Under the pieces are notes generated by a model. The model did not search any database. It had not been told where the DNA came from and was given only the letters and a program-made list of their open reading frames with translations. The position numbers were made by a program, and so were the translations under genes. A stretch of 64,000 nt of DNA, taken from contig OZ024745.1 of the NCBI GenBank assembly GCA_964016885.1, forward strand, positions 18,538,001 through 18,602,000, in the 5' to 3' direction. This DNA is from Eledone cirrhosa (taxonomy: Eukaryota). Position 1 is the stretch's first letter. The number at the start of each line of letters is the position of its first letter. Of the stretch, positions 62,244 through 64,000 are shown piece after piece.

Positions 62244-63074
62244 GGGAAAACCCCTTCATAGTACCTTCTTTGAGAAAACTGAATTTAGAGATCCACAGAC
62301 ATGGAACTGGTTGAGAAGAGGAGACCTCAAAAAGGCTACAGAAGGAATGCTAATGGCTGCGCAGGAGCAGGCCCTCAAAACGAAGTGGTTGAAGCACCAT
62401 ATCTACAAGGAGGAGGCCAGCCCACTGTGCAGGATCTGTGGAGAGAGAGAGGAGACTGTGGCTCACATTGTGTCCGAGTGTAAACACCTAGCCCAGACCC
62501 ACTATAAGGGCTGGAGACACGATGTGATGGGCAGGGTGATCCACTGGCACCTGTGCAAAGTAAACAATCTACCACATTCTGAGAAATGGTATGAGCATAG
62601 GCCAGAGGCGGTGATGGAGAACAATCAGGTGAAGGTGCTGTGGGATTTTAGGATACAGACGGACAAAAAACTGGAACACAATAGACCTGACCTGGTGGTT
62701 GTGGACAAAGAAAAAAGATCGTGCCTGATTGTGGATGTGGCCTGCCCGTTCGACACGAGAGTGCAAGAGAAGGAGAGGGAGAAAATTAACCGATACCAGG
62801 ACCTAAAGTGGGAGGTGAAAAGGATTTGGAACTGCCATGAAGTCAAAGTGATCCCGATTGTCATAGGCGCACTGGGGACTATCTCCAAAAGTTTCCAGGG
62901 ATGGTTAAAGAAAATCGGCCCCTTCACGCTTTTTGGAACGCTTCAAAAGGCATGCTTGCTTGGAACAGCAAGAACCCTCCGATACGTCCTGAATATCTGA
63001 GGCTGCAGGTAGTGGCTTGATATTCAATCCAACGGACTTTCCAGTTAACCAACATCAATGACTGAGATTCAAGG
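62241..63074 (+). mobile_element. Copy 14: Dong-like family A, 5'-truncated (CCHC + RLE + 3'UTR)
   Basis: ORF 62311-63000 is nearly identical to the C-terminus of copy 5. Confidence 0.92.
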
Positions 63075-63086
63075 AATAACAATAAC

Positions 63087-63123
<37 letters not shown>

Positions 63124-63288
63124 TTTATACTTATATATACACTATATATAGTTATAAACAGGAAAGGTCAGTAATTCATTACCAACTTAATACCAGTAAG
63201 AAAAAAGCTCAATGTAAATACATCAGATTTTTTACAGAGCCGAAATATAAATTACAGAATAATCAAATCTATGTTCAAAACATTTTAT

Positions 63289-63335
63289 TGCTGACAATCG
63301 TTTCTTCCAAACCTTCGTTTGGAATTATCGGAGCA
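63289..63335 (-). ncRNA. Degenerate hammerhead-like motif in a probable PLE terminal repeat
   Basis: TGCT-CCGATAA-TTCCAAAC gaag GTTTGGAA-GAAA-CGATTG-TC-AGCA, related to the 2050-2098 motif. Confidence 0.45.
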
Positions 63336-64000
63336 CTAGCAAAGTTTAGAGATATATTCCACAGAACAATTGTAAAGATACGTAGATGTTAGTGTTGTCA
63401 CTAACAGTGTCATATTTATAGAGTGAAGATGATGTGATCAGTTTCAGTGGATGCGACAAAGATTATGAAAGAATAATACAACAATTATAGAGGAATTAAA
63501 GAAGAAAGTTACTCGCAAAATGCGGACATTAGCGGTACATGTGGAAACGTATAGAAAGAGTTCAGATGTGTTAGGCATGTACAGAATAACCAGGTAAGAA
63601 ACAATCAATGGTACTAAGCATATATATCACAGTTTGGCAAAGGTATCACATAATACAATACAGGTGTAAAAGCATATTAAGCAGACAGAGATGCGTGGGT
63701 ATGAAAAGCAGTTTCTGGTGGATGCAATGTGATAATTGTTCCGGTAATGTTCAAATGTGCATGTGTTGTGAGTATTAATAGCAAGGTTTTCCTTTCCATT
63801 ACATTGGTTATATTTTAGTAAATGTTTATTAGTAGCTACAACGATGGATTGTATATTGGTCCTATTACAATCTTATCAAGGGTTCGAGTTGTTCTGGAGT
63901 AATCTGTCTAACGGTTTAATTACACTTCCTGTAATTTATCAGAATATACATAACGTCTCAATAAAAAGAAATCGCTAAAAAAAATGTCATTCAGAAAAAG

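Larger units (their letters stand above)
28632..63123. repeat. 15 (AAT)n tracts that separate and flank all 14 retrotransposon copies
   Basis: Tracts at ~28632-28700, 29188-29244, 31788-31846, 34393-34421, 34721-34765, 36661-36728, 39484-39519, 39712-39747, 42485-42532, 42851-42889, 48801-48869, 54783-54848, 60873-60911, 62151-62243 and 63075-63123. Confidence 0.97.

Noticed and set aside
28632-63123. CRISPR-like repeat/spacer reading of the array
   Set aside because: The separators are variable-length trinucleotide tracts, the inserts are 0.2-6 kb LINE copies, the context is eukaryotic and there are no cas genes.
28632-63123. Telomeric or subtelomeric retrotransposon array (TRAS/SART or HeT-A-like)
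   Set aside because: No TTAGGG or TTAGG repeats, and ordinary genomic sequence flanks both sides. The opposite-orientation pattern is only analogous to TRAS/SART.

Overview
AT-rich, microsatellite-dense metazoan DNA. The SINE and repeat content suggests an octopus-like cephalopod, which is inference only. No host protein-coding gene is recognisable. Bases 1-28.6 kb are decayed intergenic or intronic DNA: Penelope-like (PLE) remnants with minimal hammerhead-ribozyme motifs, tRNA-type SINEs, an RTE fragment, a hAT MITE, Helentron-like pieces, an N-terminal R4/Dong fragment and many simple repeats. Bases 28.63-63.12 kb are one uninterrupted ~34.5-kb array of 14 non-LTR retrotransposon copies separated only by 15 (AAT)n tracts. 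Eight are RLE-type R4/Dong-like copies, all on +. Six are APE-type Tx1-like copies, all on -. One Tx1-like copy (54849-60872) has both ORFs intact. The most notable observations are: (i) two unrelated clades co-target one microsatellite with opposite polarity; (ii) a conserved, in-frame 52-53 nt intron-like ORF1/ORF2 junction could fuse the two ORFs; (iii) two different ORF1/5'UTR modules sit on the same ORF2; (iv) one copy is an unequal-crossover hybrid; (v) a local SINE family has a 3' tail matching the Tx1-like 3' end. Coordinates were read by eye and may be off by a few bases.
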